Shown piece by piece: positions 7,290 through 17,436 of a stretch of 64,000 bases of DNA; the stretch's first letter is position 1; every line of letters starts with the position of its first letter. The notes under the pieces are model-generated. The model was not told where the DNA came from. It searched no databases and saw nothing but the letters and a program-made list of their open reading frames with translations. The stretch lies in contig JAFSNK010000024.1 of assembly GCA_017447445.1 (NCBI GenBank), positions 30,877 to 94,876 on the forward strand. The letters run 5' to 3'. The position numbers and the translations under genes are program-made. Origin of the DNA: Clostridia bacterium. GTDB lineage: Bacteria; Bacillota; Clostridia; Oscillospirales; CAG-382.

Positions 7290-8210
7290 TCAACCGATAA
7301 AAAACGCCAGAAGCATAAAAATCGCGCAGTTTATCGCTTTGCCCGCCAGGTACGGCCGCATGGAAAGCGCTCCGCCGGTTACCGCGCGCACCTGCACCGC
7401 CACCGAAAGCCCGGTTTGTCCGCAGGCGAACGCGCACAGAACGAACGCGGTTTTATAGGGCAGATTTGCCGCGCAGGCGCAGCCGGAGGAAAACTCCAGC
7501 GCCGATCGGAGCAGCGCCTCCCCCGCCCCGGAAAGCCCGAACAGCGCGACTGTCACCTGCGAAACGGCGCTGAAAAACACCGCGCAGGCGCATATGGCGA
7601 GCATGGAATAAGCGGCTCCGGTTATGGAGGAATACCACGGGCGGTTTGCCGCCGGGAGCGCGGCGGAGCGCGGCGGAGAAGGAGGTTCCCGAAAACGCTT
7701 TCGATCCCGTGGGGAAGGACGCGCTTTTCCGAACATAATGAATTTGAGCAGAACCGCCGTCGCCGCGGTGGAGACAAGCTGGCATACCGTCAGCTTCGCG
7801 CCCGCGTAAATATTTCCGAACAGCCCCGCGCCGACGTAGCCGAGCAGGAACGAAACTCCGGCGTTGTTGGTGAACGCGATAAGATATTCCGCGCGGCGTT
7901 TGTTTACCGCGCCGGAACGGTAAAGCCCGTTTGCCAGCACCGCGCCGACGGGGACTCCGCACAGCGAGCCGAGCAGCCACAGCATAAAGCCGCATCCGGT
8001 CTTTTGCGCCGCGAGCGCCGTTAAACGCATCCCCGCCATTCTGTCGGCAAGCACGATGAACACGAAAAGCGAGGGCACCAGCGTCTGCGCGCAGAAAACC
8101 AGCGCGTTTTTTATCGTTTGCGCCGCCGTTTGCGGCGAAAACAGCAGCCGAACGAACAAAAACAGCACGAATACTTCGGCGGCGAGGGACAGGGCGCGGC
8201 GCAGTTTCAT
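7290..8210 (-). CDS. ylbJ: YlbJ-like sporulation integral membrane protein
   Basis: Polytopic membrane protein starting MKLRRALSLAAEVFVLFLFVRLLFSPQTAAQTIKNALVFCAQTLVPSLFVF... The internal ATG at 8210 was chosen. It lies next to divergent yqfC/yqfD. Confidence 0.55.
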   Translation of the reverse strand: MKLRRALSLAAEVFVLFLFVRLLFSPQTAAQTIKNALVFCAQTLVPSLFVFIVLADRMAGMRLTALAAQKTGCGFMLWLLGSLCGVPVGAVLANGLYRSGAVNKRRAEYLIAFTNNAGVSFLLGYVGAGLFGNIYAGAKLTVCQLVSTAATAVLLKFIMFGKARPSPRDRKRFREPPSPPRSAALPAANRPWYSSITGAAYSMLAICACAVFFSAVSQVTVALFGLSGAGEALLRSALEFSSGCACAANLPYKTAFVLCAFACGQTGLSVAVQVRAVTGGALSMRPYLAGKAINCAIFMLLAFFIG

Positions 8211-8253
8211 AAAATCACTCCGAAACGAGTATATTGAAACGGTGACCGAAAAT

Positions 8254-8490
8254 ATGAAGCTGTTTTCCAAAATCGCCGGGGCGAAGACCCCGCTTTTCGC
8301 GGAGGTGCGCGGCAGGGAGAGCGTTCTGTGCGAGGGATTCCGCCGCATTACCGATTATTCCCGCGCGAGGATAGTGCTTGCCTCCGATACCGAGCGTATG
8401 GAGATAACCGGGCGGGACCTGCGGCTGCGGCATTTAAGCTCCGGCAGGATAGCGGTGGACGGGAGGATAGACGGGATTGGATTTTTATAA
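8254..8490 (+). CDS. yqfC: Sporulation protein YqfC (YabP family)
   Basis: 78 aa: MKLFSKIAG..ESVLCEGFRRITDYSRARIVLASDTERMEITGRDLRLRHLSSGRIAVDGRIDGIGF. It lies immediately upstream of, and overlaps, yqfD. Confidence 0.7.
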   Translation: MKLFSKIAGAKTPLFAEVRGRESVLCEGFRRITDYSRARIVLASDTERMEITGRDLRLRHLSSGRIAVDGRIDGIGFL

Positions 8491-9703
8491 ACCTGTAAGA
8501 TTCCTGTTCGGCGAATGCGTTTACCGCACGGACCGCCGCGGCGTGGCGCGGCTGAGCGGCGTTTTCGCCGAAGAAAAGATAAGGTTCCGTCTCGGCGGCG
8601 AAGAAGAAGATTTTGTAAGAATAAGTCTGCCCCTGCTTGCGGCGGAGCGCGCGGAAGCGCTGGCGAAGACCGCGGGCGCGATGTTCGAACCCGCCGAAAA
8701 GCGCGGGCTGCCTTATCTGTTCGCGGGGTATATGCGCCGCCCCGGGCTTATCGTCGGCGCGTTCCTCGCGCTGGGGCTGCTGTTCTTTTCGCAGCTTTTC
8801 GTGTGGCGCGTGGACGTGGAGGGCAACTCCGGGGTAACGCGCGGCGCCGTGATCGCGGCGCTCGAAAAATGCGGCGTCGGAGCGGGGACCTTTATACCGC
8901 GCGTGGACCCCGCCGAAAAGGCGAACGAGCTGCTTATGGTCTGCAAAAGCATTTCCTCCGCCGAGCTGACCTTCGACGGCAGCGTGCTTACGGTATCGGT
9001 GCTGGAGCGCACGCCCGCGCCGGAGGTGGTGGACCGCGCCGGATATTACAACGTGGTGGCGGCGTACGACGGCATTATTACCGACATAGACGCCGCCGAC
9101 GGCACGCCGGAGGTGAAAGCGGGCGACGTCGCCCTGGCGGGGCAGCTTCTTATAAACTCCTTTATGCAAGGCAAATACGGCACCTTCCGCCCCACGCACG
9201 CGCGCGGCACGGTGATGGCGGACGTTCGCAGGAAGTTCTGCATAACCGTTCCGCTTGAGCGCGAGATAAAGGATTACACCGGCGACACCCGCGTGAAGCG
9301 GGAATACCGGGTACTCGGGCAGGCGATACCGCTTTATTTTTCGTCCGAAGCGCCTTATGAATACTTCGACTGCGTTTACGGCAGGCGGGAGCCGAAGCTT
9401 TTCGGGTTCGTCGGGCTTCCCGCCGAGGAATACGTTACCACCTACTTCGAATACGTCCCGCGGAGGGTGAGGATAAGCGAGGAGGAGGCGGAGAAGATCG
9501 CGCAAGGGGAGCTGGAGCTGCAGCTTGCCGCTTACGACTGCGTTGTTAAGGAATGCGAGGTAAAGGTTTACGCGGACGAAGAAAAAGGCGTCTGCATTCT
9601 GGAAGCAGACGCCGTACTGAACATAGACATAGCGCGGGAGATACCCATGAAAATAAACGATTACGGCTCGATCTCCGACAAATTGCCGAGCGCGCGGGAA
9701 TAG
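8477..9703 (+). CDS. yqfD: Sporulation protein YqfD (stage IV sporulation family)
   Basis: 408 aa with a central TM segment and a conserved position after yqfC. It resembles YqfD overall (N-terminal repeat-like half, then ..VWRVDVEGN..). Confidence 0.7.
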   Translation: MDFYKPVRFLFGECVYRTDRRGVARLSGVFAEEKIRFRLGGEEEDFVRISLPLLAAERAEALAKTAGAMFEPAEKRGLPYLFAGYMRRPGLIVGAFLALGLLFFSQLFVWRVDVEGNSGVTRGAVIAALEKCGVGAGTFIPRVDPAEKANELLMVCKSISSAELTFDGSVLTVSVLERTPAPEVVDRAGYYNVVAAYDGIITDIDAADGTPEVKAGDVALAGQLLINSFMQGKYGTFRPTHARGTVMADVRRKFCITVPLEREIKDYTGDTRVKREYRVLGQAIPLYFSSEAPYEYFDCVYGRREPKLFGFVGLPAEEYVTTYFEYVPRRVRISEEEAEKIAQGELELQLAAYDCVVKECEVKVYADEEKGVCILEADAVLNIDIAREIPMKINDYGSISDKLPSARE

Positions 9704-11061
9704 ATACGCATACCGTCGAACAGCTCGGATTCCGAAATGTATTCGTCGCGCTGGTGCGCGTTTCCGCGCTCGTCGCCCAGGAACTTGCGCTGTGAGAGTA
9801 TCCCGGAGCCGAAGGCGACCGTGTTCGGGAGCCGGCGCGCGTAGGTGCCGCCGCCCATGGTGTAGGGCTTGCATTCGACGCCCAGCACGCTTTCGCAGGC
9901 GTAAGTGAGGGCGCGTATGCGCGGGTCGTCCGCCGAAACGAAATAGCCGTTTGAATTGTCGGAACCGATCACCCTTCCGCCGACCTTCGCGACCTCGCGC
10001 GAGATGCTTTCTACAAGCTCCGCGTAAGGTGTTTCCGGCAGATAGCGTATGTTGAAGCTCTGGACGATCCTGCCGTTTTCGGTACGGACTACGCCGCCGA
10101 CGCAGGTGAGGTATCCGAAATCGGCGTTTTCGCCCGCGATGCCGAGCTTTTTGCCCAGATATTCGCCGGTGGAATCGCGCAGGAACTCGAAACGCGCCCT
10201 GTCCGCAAAAGGTATAGCGCCGGAATCCAAAAGGTATCCGCACAGCAGGGAGATCGCGTTGACTCCGGCTTCCGGCATGGCGGCGTGCGCCGCTTTGCCC
10301 TCCGCTTCGGCCTTGTAAAGCCCGCCGCATCCGGTAACCGAAATATTGCTTTCGCCGCCGAAAACGGGTTTGTTTTCCAGCAGCGCGTACGCCCTGCCGG
10401 GGACGGCGTTGGACACCGTGCCGCCGTTGATTTCTTTTATCCCTTCCGGCAGCGCGCCGAAATCGATTTTTACGCCCAGAATGCCCTTTTCGCCGATGCA
10501 GACCGGAAATTCGGAATCCGGAGTGAACGAAAACTCCGGCGGTTTGCGCACCGAAACGAAATAGTCGAGATCGGTGCTGCCGACCTCCTCGTCGCTGCCC
10601 AGAATGAGCCGCAGGGTGAACGGAAGCTTTATCCCGCGTTCCTTAAAGAACCGCAGGGTGTAGAGCCCCTGGATGAACGGGCCCTTGTCGTCGTGAGCGC
10701 CGCGGCCCAGAAGCAAGCCGTTTTCGCGCCGCAAAACGAACGGATCGCCGCTCCAGCCGTCGCCCGCCGGGACCACGTCGAGATGGCAGACTATGCCGAC
10801 CTCTTTATCCGCGTCGCCCCAGAGCACGCTGAGGCAGTGATAATCGTGATTTTCCACGCGGAAGCCGTATCCTTCCGCCATCGCGGCGGCCTTATCCAGC
10901 GCGCGGGCGCATTCTTCGCCGTAGGGGTATTCCCCGCGGGGGGAGCCCGCCACGGAGGGGACCGATACTATTTCGGCAAGATCCTTTATCGCCTGTTCGC
11001 GTATATCCGCGCGGGCGAAATATTCGTCCGCGAGACGGTTTAAATTTTCCAAATCGATCAC
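9661..11061 (-). CDS. pepV: M20-family dipeptidase (PepV/Sapep type)
   Basis: ..GIVCHLDVVPAGDGWSGDPF.., GRGAHDDKGP and LGSDEEVGS motifs. GTG start with an AAGGA RBS. Confidence 0.8.
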   Translation of the reverse strand: MIDLENLNRLADEYFARADIREQAIKDLAEIVSVPSVAGSPRGEYPYGEECARALDKAAAMAEGYGFRVENHDYHCLSVLWGDADKEVGIVCHLDVVPAGDGWSGDPFVLRRENGLLLGRGAHDDKGPFIQGLYTLRFFKERGIKLPFTLRLILGSDEEVGSTDLDYFVSVRKPPEFSFTPDSEFPVCIGEKGILGVKIDFGALPEGIKEINGGTVSNAVPGRAYALLENKPVFGGESNISVTGCGGLYKAEAEGKAAHAAMPEAGVNAISLLCGYLLDSGAIPFADRARFEFLRDSTGEYLGKKLGIAGENADFGYLTCVGGVVRTENGRIVQSFNIRYLPETPYAELVESISREVAKVGGRVIGSDNSNGYFVSADDPRIRALTYACESVLGVECKPYTMGGGTYARRLPNTVAFGSGILSQRKFLGDERGNAHQRDEYISESELFDGMRIYSRALGNLSEIEP

Positions 11062-11068
11062 TCTTTCC

Positions 11069-11641
11069 TTAATTGTTTCCTATTCCGTCACGCAGTTTGT
11101 TGAGCGCGTCGCCGAACTGGCGCTCGGTCTCGTATACGGAACGGTGTATCTCTTCCTGCTTCCTGCGGAACTCCTCCGCCGCTTTCGTAAGCTCCTCGCA
11201 GCGCCTTTCGGTTTCGGAAATAAGCTGTTCCGCCTCACGCGCGGCGTTCTGCTTTATCATACGCGCTTCGTTTTCCGCCTCGGTCTGCGCCTGGCGTTTT
11301 ATAAGCTCCGCTTCGCGTTCGGCGTTGTGCACTATATCCGCCGCGCGTTTGTCGGCGACCACCATTTTTTCGCCTACCTCGGCGCAGAGCGCGTCGTATT
11401 CCTTCTGCTTTTCCGAAAGCTCCGCCGCGTGCTCCTTCGCCGCCGATTCCGCCTCCGCGCGAAGCGAGGCGATCTCGCCGTTGAGCCGTTCTATTTCGTT
11501 CCGCGCGACGTGCGCCTGCTCGGTAAACCCGCGCTCCTTCGCGGAATAAGCGTCGCTCAGTCCGACTATGAAATCGTCGACCTGCTTTGTATCGTATCCT
11601 TTGAAAACCTTTTTGAAATATGCCTCCGCCAAAACAAACAC
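11069..11641 (-). CDS. DivIVA-domain coiled-coil protein
   Basis: N-terminal FKKVFKGYDTKQVDDFI followed by a long coiled coil. GTG start with a GAAAGG RBS. Confidence 0.7.
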   Translation of the reverse strand: MFVLAEAYFKKVFKGYDTKQVDDFIVGLSDAYSAKERGFTEQAHVARNEIERLNGEIASLRAEAESAAKEHAAELSEKQKEYDALCAEVGEKMVVADKRAADIVHNAEREAELIKRQAQTEAENEARMIKQNAAREAEQLISETERRCEELTKAAEEFRRKQEEIHRSVYETERQFGDALNKLRDGIGNN

Positions 11642-11680
11642 CGCCTTTCAGTCAATTTATACCATTTTTCCGGCTTTTTG

Positions 11681-12439
11681 TCAACACTTCGCAAACTTCA
11701 TCATTATATTGTGCGGCGCGAGCTTCGCCAGCACGCGATAGAATTTATAAAGCGCCTTGTTCGTATAGAACGCCTTGCCCTTTAACGCGCGCGCAAGCGA
11801 TTTATAAGCGACTTCCTCCGCGTTGCAGTACGGCAGAGTGCGGAAGGTCTTTGAATTCTCGTCGGTAATGTGCGCGACCGCCATAAATTCGGTGTGCATC
11901 GGTCCCGGGCAGACGGCGAGCACGTTTATTCCGGCGGGCTTCAATTCCTCGCGCAGGGCTTTCGAAAACGCGGTAACGTACGCCTTTGTGGAGGAATAGA
12001 CCGCCATTCGCGGATTGGGCACGAAGGAAGCGATGGAGGAAACGTTTACTATACAGCTTCCCTTTTGCATATACTTTACCGCCTCGGCGCAAAGATAGGT
12101 GAGCGTGCCGCAGTTGAGCGATACCATATCGCGCTGGACGAAAGCGTCCAGATCTGCGACGTTGCCCAGCTTGCCGAACCCGGCGTTGTTTATAAACGCC
12201 TTTATATCCGGCTTTTCGGCGGCGAGCAGCGAGGAAAACGCTTCCAGCCCGCTTTCGGAATCGAGATCGCATTCCACCACCCTCGTCCGCGCGTTTTCGC
12301 AAATCCGCGCGGTCTCCTCCAGCTTTTCTTTTCTGCGGGCGACGAGCCAGAATTCGCATTCCGGCAGCAGCTTTACCGCCGCCTTGAAGTATTCCCTTCC
12401 GAGCCCGGACGAAGCGCCGGTTATTATGACAGTATCCAT
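11681..12439 (-). CDS. Short-chain dehydrogenase/reductase (SDR)
   Basis: MDTVIITGASSGLGREY.. (TGxxxGxG), NNAG and YSSTKAY motifs. Only the last 252 codons of track ORF 11681-13366 look protein-like. GGAGA lies 6 nt upstream of the ATG at 12439. Confidence 0.8.
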   Translation of the reverse strand: MDTVIITGASSGLGREYFKAAVKLLPECEFWLVARRKEKLEETARICENARTRVVECDLDSESGLEAFSSLLAAEKPDIKAFINNAGFGKLGNVADLDAFVQRDMVSLNCGTLTYLCAEAVKYMQKGSCIVNVSSIASFVPNPRMAVYSSTKAYVTAFSKALREELKPAGINVLAVCPGPMHTEFMAVAHITDENSKTFRTLPYCNAEEVAYKSLARALKGKAFYTNKALYKFYRVLAKLAPHNIMMKFAKC

Positions 12440-12532
12440 GAGCATTCTCCGATCCTTATAATTCTTATATTTATAATACCACCCGGACGGGCGGTTTTCA
12501 AGTGCAAAATCAAAAAGACGCGGGTGTTTTTT

Positions 12533-13792
12533 ATGCTTTTGGAGCGGATCAAAGAAATATTGTGGGGCGTGCCGACGACAGCCGTTTTTACCGCTTTCGG
12601 GGTGTACTTCGCGGCGAAGACCGGGCTTTACAGTCCGCACGCGGTATGGAGGGAGCTGAAAAAGGCGTTTTCCGCCTTCGGGAAGAAGGAAAAAAACGGC
12701 GTTTCGCCCTTTGCGGCGGCGGCGACGGCTTTGGGCGGCACGGTGGGCGCCGGAAGCATACTCGGCGTGGGATACGGCATAGCGGTGGGCGGCGCGGGCA
12801 GCGTTTTCTGGATGTGGGTGTTCTCGTTCTTCGCCATAGGGCTGAAATACGCCGAGACGCGCGTCGCCCTGCGCGGGCGGGAGGAGGGCGCGGGCGGGAT
12901 CCGCGGCGGCGCTCACCTGCGACTGCGCTCGCTCGGATACGAAAAGCTTGCCGCGCTGTTCTGCTTCGCCTGTATACTGTGCTCGTTCGGCACCGGGAAC
13001 GCCGCGCAGACCGGCGCGGCGGCGCAGTTCCTTTTCGCGCTCGGAATACCGAAGCTCCCGGCTGCCGCCATATGCGTTCTGGCAGTGGGGCTGGCGGTGT
13101 TCGGCGGCGGAAAGCGGATAATAAGGTTCAACGCGGCGGCGGTGCCCGCGGCTTCGGCGGTATATATTTGCGCCTGCTTCGCGCTGCTGTGCCTTAACGC
13201 CCGCGGGATACCCGGATCGTTCGCGCGGATATTCACGCAGGCGTTCGGAATAAAACAGGCGGCGGGCGGGTTTTCTGGCGCTTTGCTTGCGGCGGCTGTG
13301 CGGGAGGGCTGCGCGCGCAGCGTGTTTTCCACCGAGGCTGGCATGGGCTCCTCCCCTCTCGCGCACGCGGCTTCCGCCGGGGACGAAAAAACGCAGGGCT
13401 CGTTTTCGGTGCTGGAAACGGTGTTCGACACGTTCGCGGTATCCACGCTTACGGCGCTTTGCCTGCTTTGCGGCGGCAGCGGCTCCGCGCGGGAGCTTTT
13501 CGAAAGCGCTTGGGGCGCGCCGGGCGGGCTGCTGTTCGGCGCCGCGGCGGCGGCGTTCGCCTACGCTTCTGTGATAAGCTGGAGCTATTACGCCCAGACC
13601 TGCGTTTTTTACCTTTTCGGGAACAGAAAAGCGCCGCTTTTTGTATTCCGTGCGCTGTTTTCGCTCGCCGCCGGGGCGGGAGCGCTGTTCCCGGCGGGAA
13701 CGCTTATCGCGGCTTCGGATATCCTTAATCTGCTTATGGCGGTGCCGAATCTGTTTTTACTTTATAAATGCCGTAAAGAGGTAACGTTATGA
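12533..13792 (+). CDS. Alanine/glycine:cation symporter (AGCS family)
   Basis: MLLERIKEILWGVPTTAVFTAFGVYF..GVSPFAAAATALGGTVGAGSILGV..FWMWV is typical AGCS. The start is at an internal ATG of track ORF 11870-13792. Confidence 0.75.
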   Translation: MLLERIKEILWGVPTTAVFTAFGVYFAAKTGLYSPHAVWRELKKAFSAFGKKEKNGVSPFAAAATALGGTVGAGSILGVGYGIAVGGAGSVFWMWVFSFFAIGLKYAETRVALRGREEGAGGIRGGAHLRLRSLGYEKLAALFCFACILCSFGTGNAAQTGAAAQFLFALGIPKLPAAAICVLAVGLAVFGGGKRIIRFNAAAVPAASAVYICACFALLCLNARGIPGSFARIFTQAFGIKQAAGGFSGALLAAAVREGCARSVFSTEAGMGSSPLAHAASAGDEKTQGSFSVLETVFDTFAVSTLTALCLLCGGSGSARELFESAWGAPGGLLFGAAAAAFAYASVISWSYYAQTCVFYLFGNRKAPLFVFRALFSLAAGAGALFPAGTLIAASDILNLLMAVPNLFLLYKCRKEVTL

Positions 13793-16272
13793 CTTGGTAT
13801 TGCAGGAACACAGACGCGTTGCTGAAAGAGCTCGCGTCGTCCGTGAACGGGCTGACCGACGCGGAGGCGAAGGCGCGCCTGGAGCGCGTCGGACCGAACG
13901 AGCTCGGCAAAGCGAAGAAAAAGAGCTTTTTGAAACGCTTCCTCGGTGCGATGTGCGACAGGATGACCGCGGTGCTGCTCGCGGCGGCGGCGGTGTCGTT
14001 CGCCACCTCGCTTATTGCGGGAGAACGGCTTGCGGACCCGGTGATAATACTTGTTATCGTACTTGCGAACGCCTTTATCGCCGCGGTGCAGGAAAGCCGC
14101 GCGGAGCGCGCGCTTGAAGCGCTTAAAAAGCTTTCCGCCCCGGAAATGACGGTTATCCGCGACGGGAAGGAAAAGCGGATAAGCGGTAGGGACGCGGTCC
14201 CGGGCGACGTTTTCCTGCTGGAAAAGGGCGATATCGTCCCCTGCGACGCAAAGCTTATTTCCTGCAACGAGTTGGTAGTGGACGAATCGGCGCTTACAGG
14301 GGAATCCGAGGGCGTGAGCAAGGACGCGCGCTTCCAAACGCCCGAAAACTCGCCCGTGAGCGAGGCGAAAAGCGCCGTGTTCACCTCCACGGCGGTGATA
14401 TCCGGCAGAGGGTGCGCTTTGGCGGTGAAGACCGGGAAAGAGACCTGCGTGGGCGAGATAGCGGATATGATAAGCACCGAAAACGAGCTTACGCCGCTTC
14501 AGAAGCGGCTTGCGCGGCTCAGCGCCCTGCTCGGCAACGCCACCATCGCGATCTGCGTGCTGATATTTATATTCTCGCTTATAAAAGGGATGAACGCCGG
14601 CGAGATGTTCATGACGTCGGTGGGGCTTTCGGTGGCGGCGATACCGGAGGGGCTCCCCGCGATAGTAACGGTGGTGCTTTCGGCGGGGGTGCAGACTCTG
14701 GCGAAGCGCCGGGCGGTGGTGAAGCGGCTGCCCGCGGTGGAAACGCTGGGCTGTACGCAGGTGATCTGCACCGACAAGACCGGAACGCTTACCTGCAACC
14801 GCATGACCGTTGCCGAGACGGAGGGCGACGAAGCGCGGCTGATACGCGCCTTCGCGCTGTGCAACAACGATTCCTCCCCCACAGAACGCGCGCTGCTGGA
14901 CAAGACGCCGGAATACGCGAGAATACAGAGCAGATACCCGCGCGTGGCGGAGATACCGTTTGATTCCGACAAAAAATATATGCTTACCGTGCACAAAAAC
15001 GGCGCGGGGTATTCGGTGATAATAAAGGGCGCGCCGGACGTGGTGGCGCGGTTCTGCCCCGCCGACGAGGAAATGATCAAGGCGGGCGCTTCGCGTATGG
15101 CGGAACGCGCCCTGCGCGTGATCTGCTTTGCGGGATACGAATGCGCGGACGCGCCGGCGGACCCGCTTGCGGCGCGATTCGCCTTTTACGGCTTGTGCGG
15201 GATATCCGATCCGCCGCGCCCGGAGGCGAAAAACGCGGTGGCGCTGTGCAAAAAGGCGGGGATACGCACGGTGATGATAACCGGAGACCACCCCGAAACG
15301 GCGCGCGCCATAGCGGTGGAAACCGGGATGATCCCGCCGGGCGGAAAGGTTTACACCGAAGCGGAGCTGAATGCGATGGACGGGCGGGCTTTTGCCCGCG
15401 CGGTAAAGGAATGCGGCGTTTTCGCGCGGGTGACGCCCAAATGCAAGCTTAAAATAGTGGAGGCGCTGAAAAAAGCAGGCAACGTGGTGGCGATGACCGG
15501 CGACGGCGTGAACGACGCCCCGGCGCTGAAAAAGGCGGATATCGGCTGCGCGATGGGCATAAGCGGCACCGAGGTGGCGAAGGAATCCGCCGATATGGTG
15601 CTGACCGACGACAATTTCGCCACCGTAGTGGAGGCGGTGCGCGAGGGGCGCGGGATATACGAGAACATACGCCGCGCGGTGCATTTCCTGCTTTCCTGCA
15701 ATTTCGGCGAGCTTTTCACCGTGTTCGGCGCGATACTGCTTTCGCTCCCCTCGCCGCTTTCGGCGATACAGCTTTTGTGGGTGAACCTGACCACCGATTC
15801 GCTCCCCGCGATAGCTTTGGGGCTGGAAAAAACGCCCGAAAGCGTTATGGACCGCCCCCCGGTAAAGCCGGACGAGCCGCTGTTTTCCAGAAGCAGAGGA
15901 CTGCGGATAGTGCTGGAGGGACTTTTGATCGGCGCTTTGGCGTTAACCGCTTTTTTAATAGGGCGCGGACGCAGCTTCGAAGCGGGGCGGACGATGTGCT
16001 TTACCGTGCTTTCGGTATCGCAGCTTTTCCATTCGTTCAATATGCGAAGCGAAAAAAGCGTTTTCCGGCGCCGCATAAAGCGCAATCCCTACGTTTACGC
16101 CGCGTTCGCCGCCTGCCTCGCGATGCAGCTTTCGGCGCTGCTCATCCCCTCCCTTTCGGCGCTTTTCGGAGTCGCCGCGATGACCGGGAGCGAATGGGCA
16201 TGGTGCGCGGGGCTTTCCGCGGCTCCGCTTTTAGCGGGCGAAATTCACAAATTGTTCACACATTGTTCATAG
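13789..16272 (+). CDS. Cation-transporting P-type ATPase (Ca2+-ATPase-like, P2 type)
   Basis: ICTDKTGTLT phosphorylation motif, plus TGES, MITGDH and VAMTGDGVNDAPALKKADIG. The ATGA overlaps the upstream symporter. Confidence 0.85.
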   Translation: MTWYCRNTDALLKELASSVNGLTDAEAKARLERVGPNELGKAKKKSFLKRFLGAMCDRMTAVLLAAAAVSFATSLIAGERLADPVIILVIVLANAFIAAVQESRAERALEALKKLSAPEMTVIRDGKEKRISGRDAVPGDVFLLEKGDIVPCDAKLISCNELVVDESALTGESEGVSKDARFQTPENSPVSEAKSAVFTSTAVISGRGCALAVKTGKETCVGEIADMISTENELTPLQKRLARLSALLGNATIAICVLIFIFSLIKGMNAGEMFMTSVGLSVAAIPEGLPAIVTVVLSAGVQTLAKRRAVVKRLPAVETLGCTQVICTDKTGTLTCNRMTVAETEGDEARLIRAFALCNNDSSPTERALLDKTPEYARIQSRYPRVAEIPFDSDKKYMLTVHKNGAGYSVIIKGAPDVVARFCPADEEMIKAGASRMAERALRVICFAGYECADAPADPLAARFAFYGLCGISDPPRPEAKNAVALCKKAGIRTVMITGDHPETARAIAVETGMIPPGGKVYTEAELNAMDGRAFARAVKECGVFARVTPKCKLKIVEALKKAGNVVAMTGDGVNDAPALKKADIGCAMGISGTEVAKESADMVLTDDNFATVVEAVREGRGIYENIRRAVHFLLSCNFGELFTVFGAILLSLPSPLSAIQLLWVNLTTDSLPAIALGLEKTPESVMDRPPVKPDEPLFSRSRGLRIVLEGLLIGALALTAFLIGRGRSFEAGRTMCFTVLSVSQLFHSFNMRSEKSVFRRRIKRNPYVYAAFAACLAMQLSALLIPSLSALFGVAAMTGSEWAWCAGLSAAPLLAGEIHKLFTHCS

Positions 16273-16331
16273 TTTCGTAACAATTTAAGGGTATACAATA
16301 GTTATTGAAGTATAAAAAAGGGGAATATGAT

Positions 16332-17369
16332 ATGGAAAAATTCACCTGCGTTGAAAACGACGCCGTTTCGCTTGCGGGGAACAGAATGATAAAAACGCTC
16401 GGCAGGCACACCGAGGAGGGCGGAAAGCTGCTGTTCGACTGGTCCGGCAGCGGGATCGCTTTTAACTTCCACGGCGCGGGATTCATACTTTCGCTCGGCG
16501 AATACAAAGCCGATACGCCGGCGTATATAAAAATAACCGTCGACGGCGGCGCGTACAGACAGAGGTTTGCGGTTTGCGACGGGCGCGAAAAAATAATAGT
16601 CGAGGGACTGCCCGAAAAGCGCCACCGCGCGGAGATAATCAAAATAACCGAGGGCGCGCCGAAGCTCGCGTTCGAAAAGCTTTCGCTTCTGGGAGCCGGC
16701 GCCGCGCTGCAGCTTCCGCCGCGCGGAAAACGCCGCAAGCTGGAATTCATCGGCGATTCCATTACCGCCGGATACGGCGTGCTGGGCAGGAGGAGCGATC
16801 CTTCCTACGCCACTTATCAGCAGGACGTGACGGAATCCTATGCCGGGCTCACCGTCCGGGCGACCGGCGCGGAGGGCAGATATATCTGCATTTCCGGCAA
16901 AGGGATAGTCTGCAACTGCGAAGGCAACCGCGAGGACGTTAAGGCGGGCGAATACTACGAACGGCTGACCTACGGCGGCGGGATATGCGAAGACGGCTGG
17001 ACGCCCGACGCCGTAATAATCAACATCGGCACCAATGATTGCGGCGGCCCCGCCGGGAAAGAGGAATTCGCCGCGGCGGCGGAAAATCTGATACGCGGCA
17101 TACGCGCGCGCTATAAAAACGCGCAGATAATTTGGATGTACGGGATGATGAACGACTATTATTCCGAAACGCTGAGCGACCTTCTGCGCAGACTCGCTGC
17201 GGAGGACGGCAAAGTGCATTTCCTGCACGTCGCGGGGATAACCGAAGCCGAAACCGGCGCGAACGGGCACCCGAACGTGTGCGGGCAGGCGCGCGCCGCG
17301 GCGCTTCTGACCAAAAAGCTCGCTTCCGTGCTGGGCTGGCGCGGGACCGAAGCCGCGGCGGAAGAATGA
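16332..17369 (+). CDS. SGNH/GDSL hydrolase with N-terminal beta-sandwich (CE2-like esterase)
   Basis: FIGDSITAGYG (block I), IINIGTNDCG (block III) and ..NGHP.. near the C-terminus. Confidence 0.7.
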   Translation: MEKFTCVENDAVSLAGNRMIKTLGRHTEEGGKLLFDWSGSGIAFNFHGAGFILSLGEYKADTPAYIKITVDGGAYRQRFAVCDGREKIIVEGLPEKRHRAEIIKITEGAPKLAFEKLSLLGAGAALQLPPRGKRRKLEFIGDSITAGYGVLGRRSDPSYATYQQDVTESYAGLTVRATGAEGRYICISGKGIVCNCEGNREDVKAGEYYERLTYGGGICEDGWTPDAVIINIGTNDCGGPAGKEEFAAAAENLIRGIRARYKNAQIIWMYGMMNDYYSETLSDLLRRLAAEDGKVHFLHVAGITEAETGANGHPNVCGQARAAALLTKKLASVLGWRGTEAAAEE

Positions 17370-17371
17370 AC

Positions 17372-17400
17372 TTGATTTTACCGCGCGGATATGATATAAT
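17372..17400 (+). promoter_or_regulatory. Candidate sigma-A promoter
   Basis: TTGATT (17372-17377), a 17-nt spacer and TATAAT (17395-17400). Confidence 0.55.
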
Positions 17401-17436
17401 CCAAACGTATGAATAATTGATTCGGGAGAAAACAAA

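Noticed and set aside
8348-10330. 660-aa minus-strand ORF
   Set aside because: It spans the antisense of yqfD and an alternate frame of pepV. It is extremely Arg-rich with no motifs.
12440-13366. N-terminal ~300-aa extension of the SDR ORF (track ORF 11681-13366)
   Set aside because: The extension is Arg/Gly-rich and antisense to the AGCS symporter. The SDR Rossmann motif begins right after the internal ATG at 12439, which has a proper RBS.
13762-15684. 640-aa minus-strand ORF
   Set aside because: It is antisense to the P-type ATPase, which has all canonical motifs. It is Arg/His/Gly-rich low-complexity sequence.
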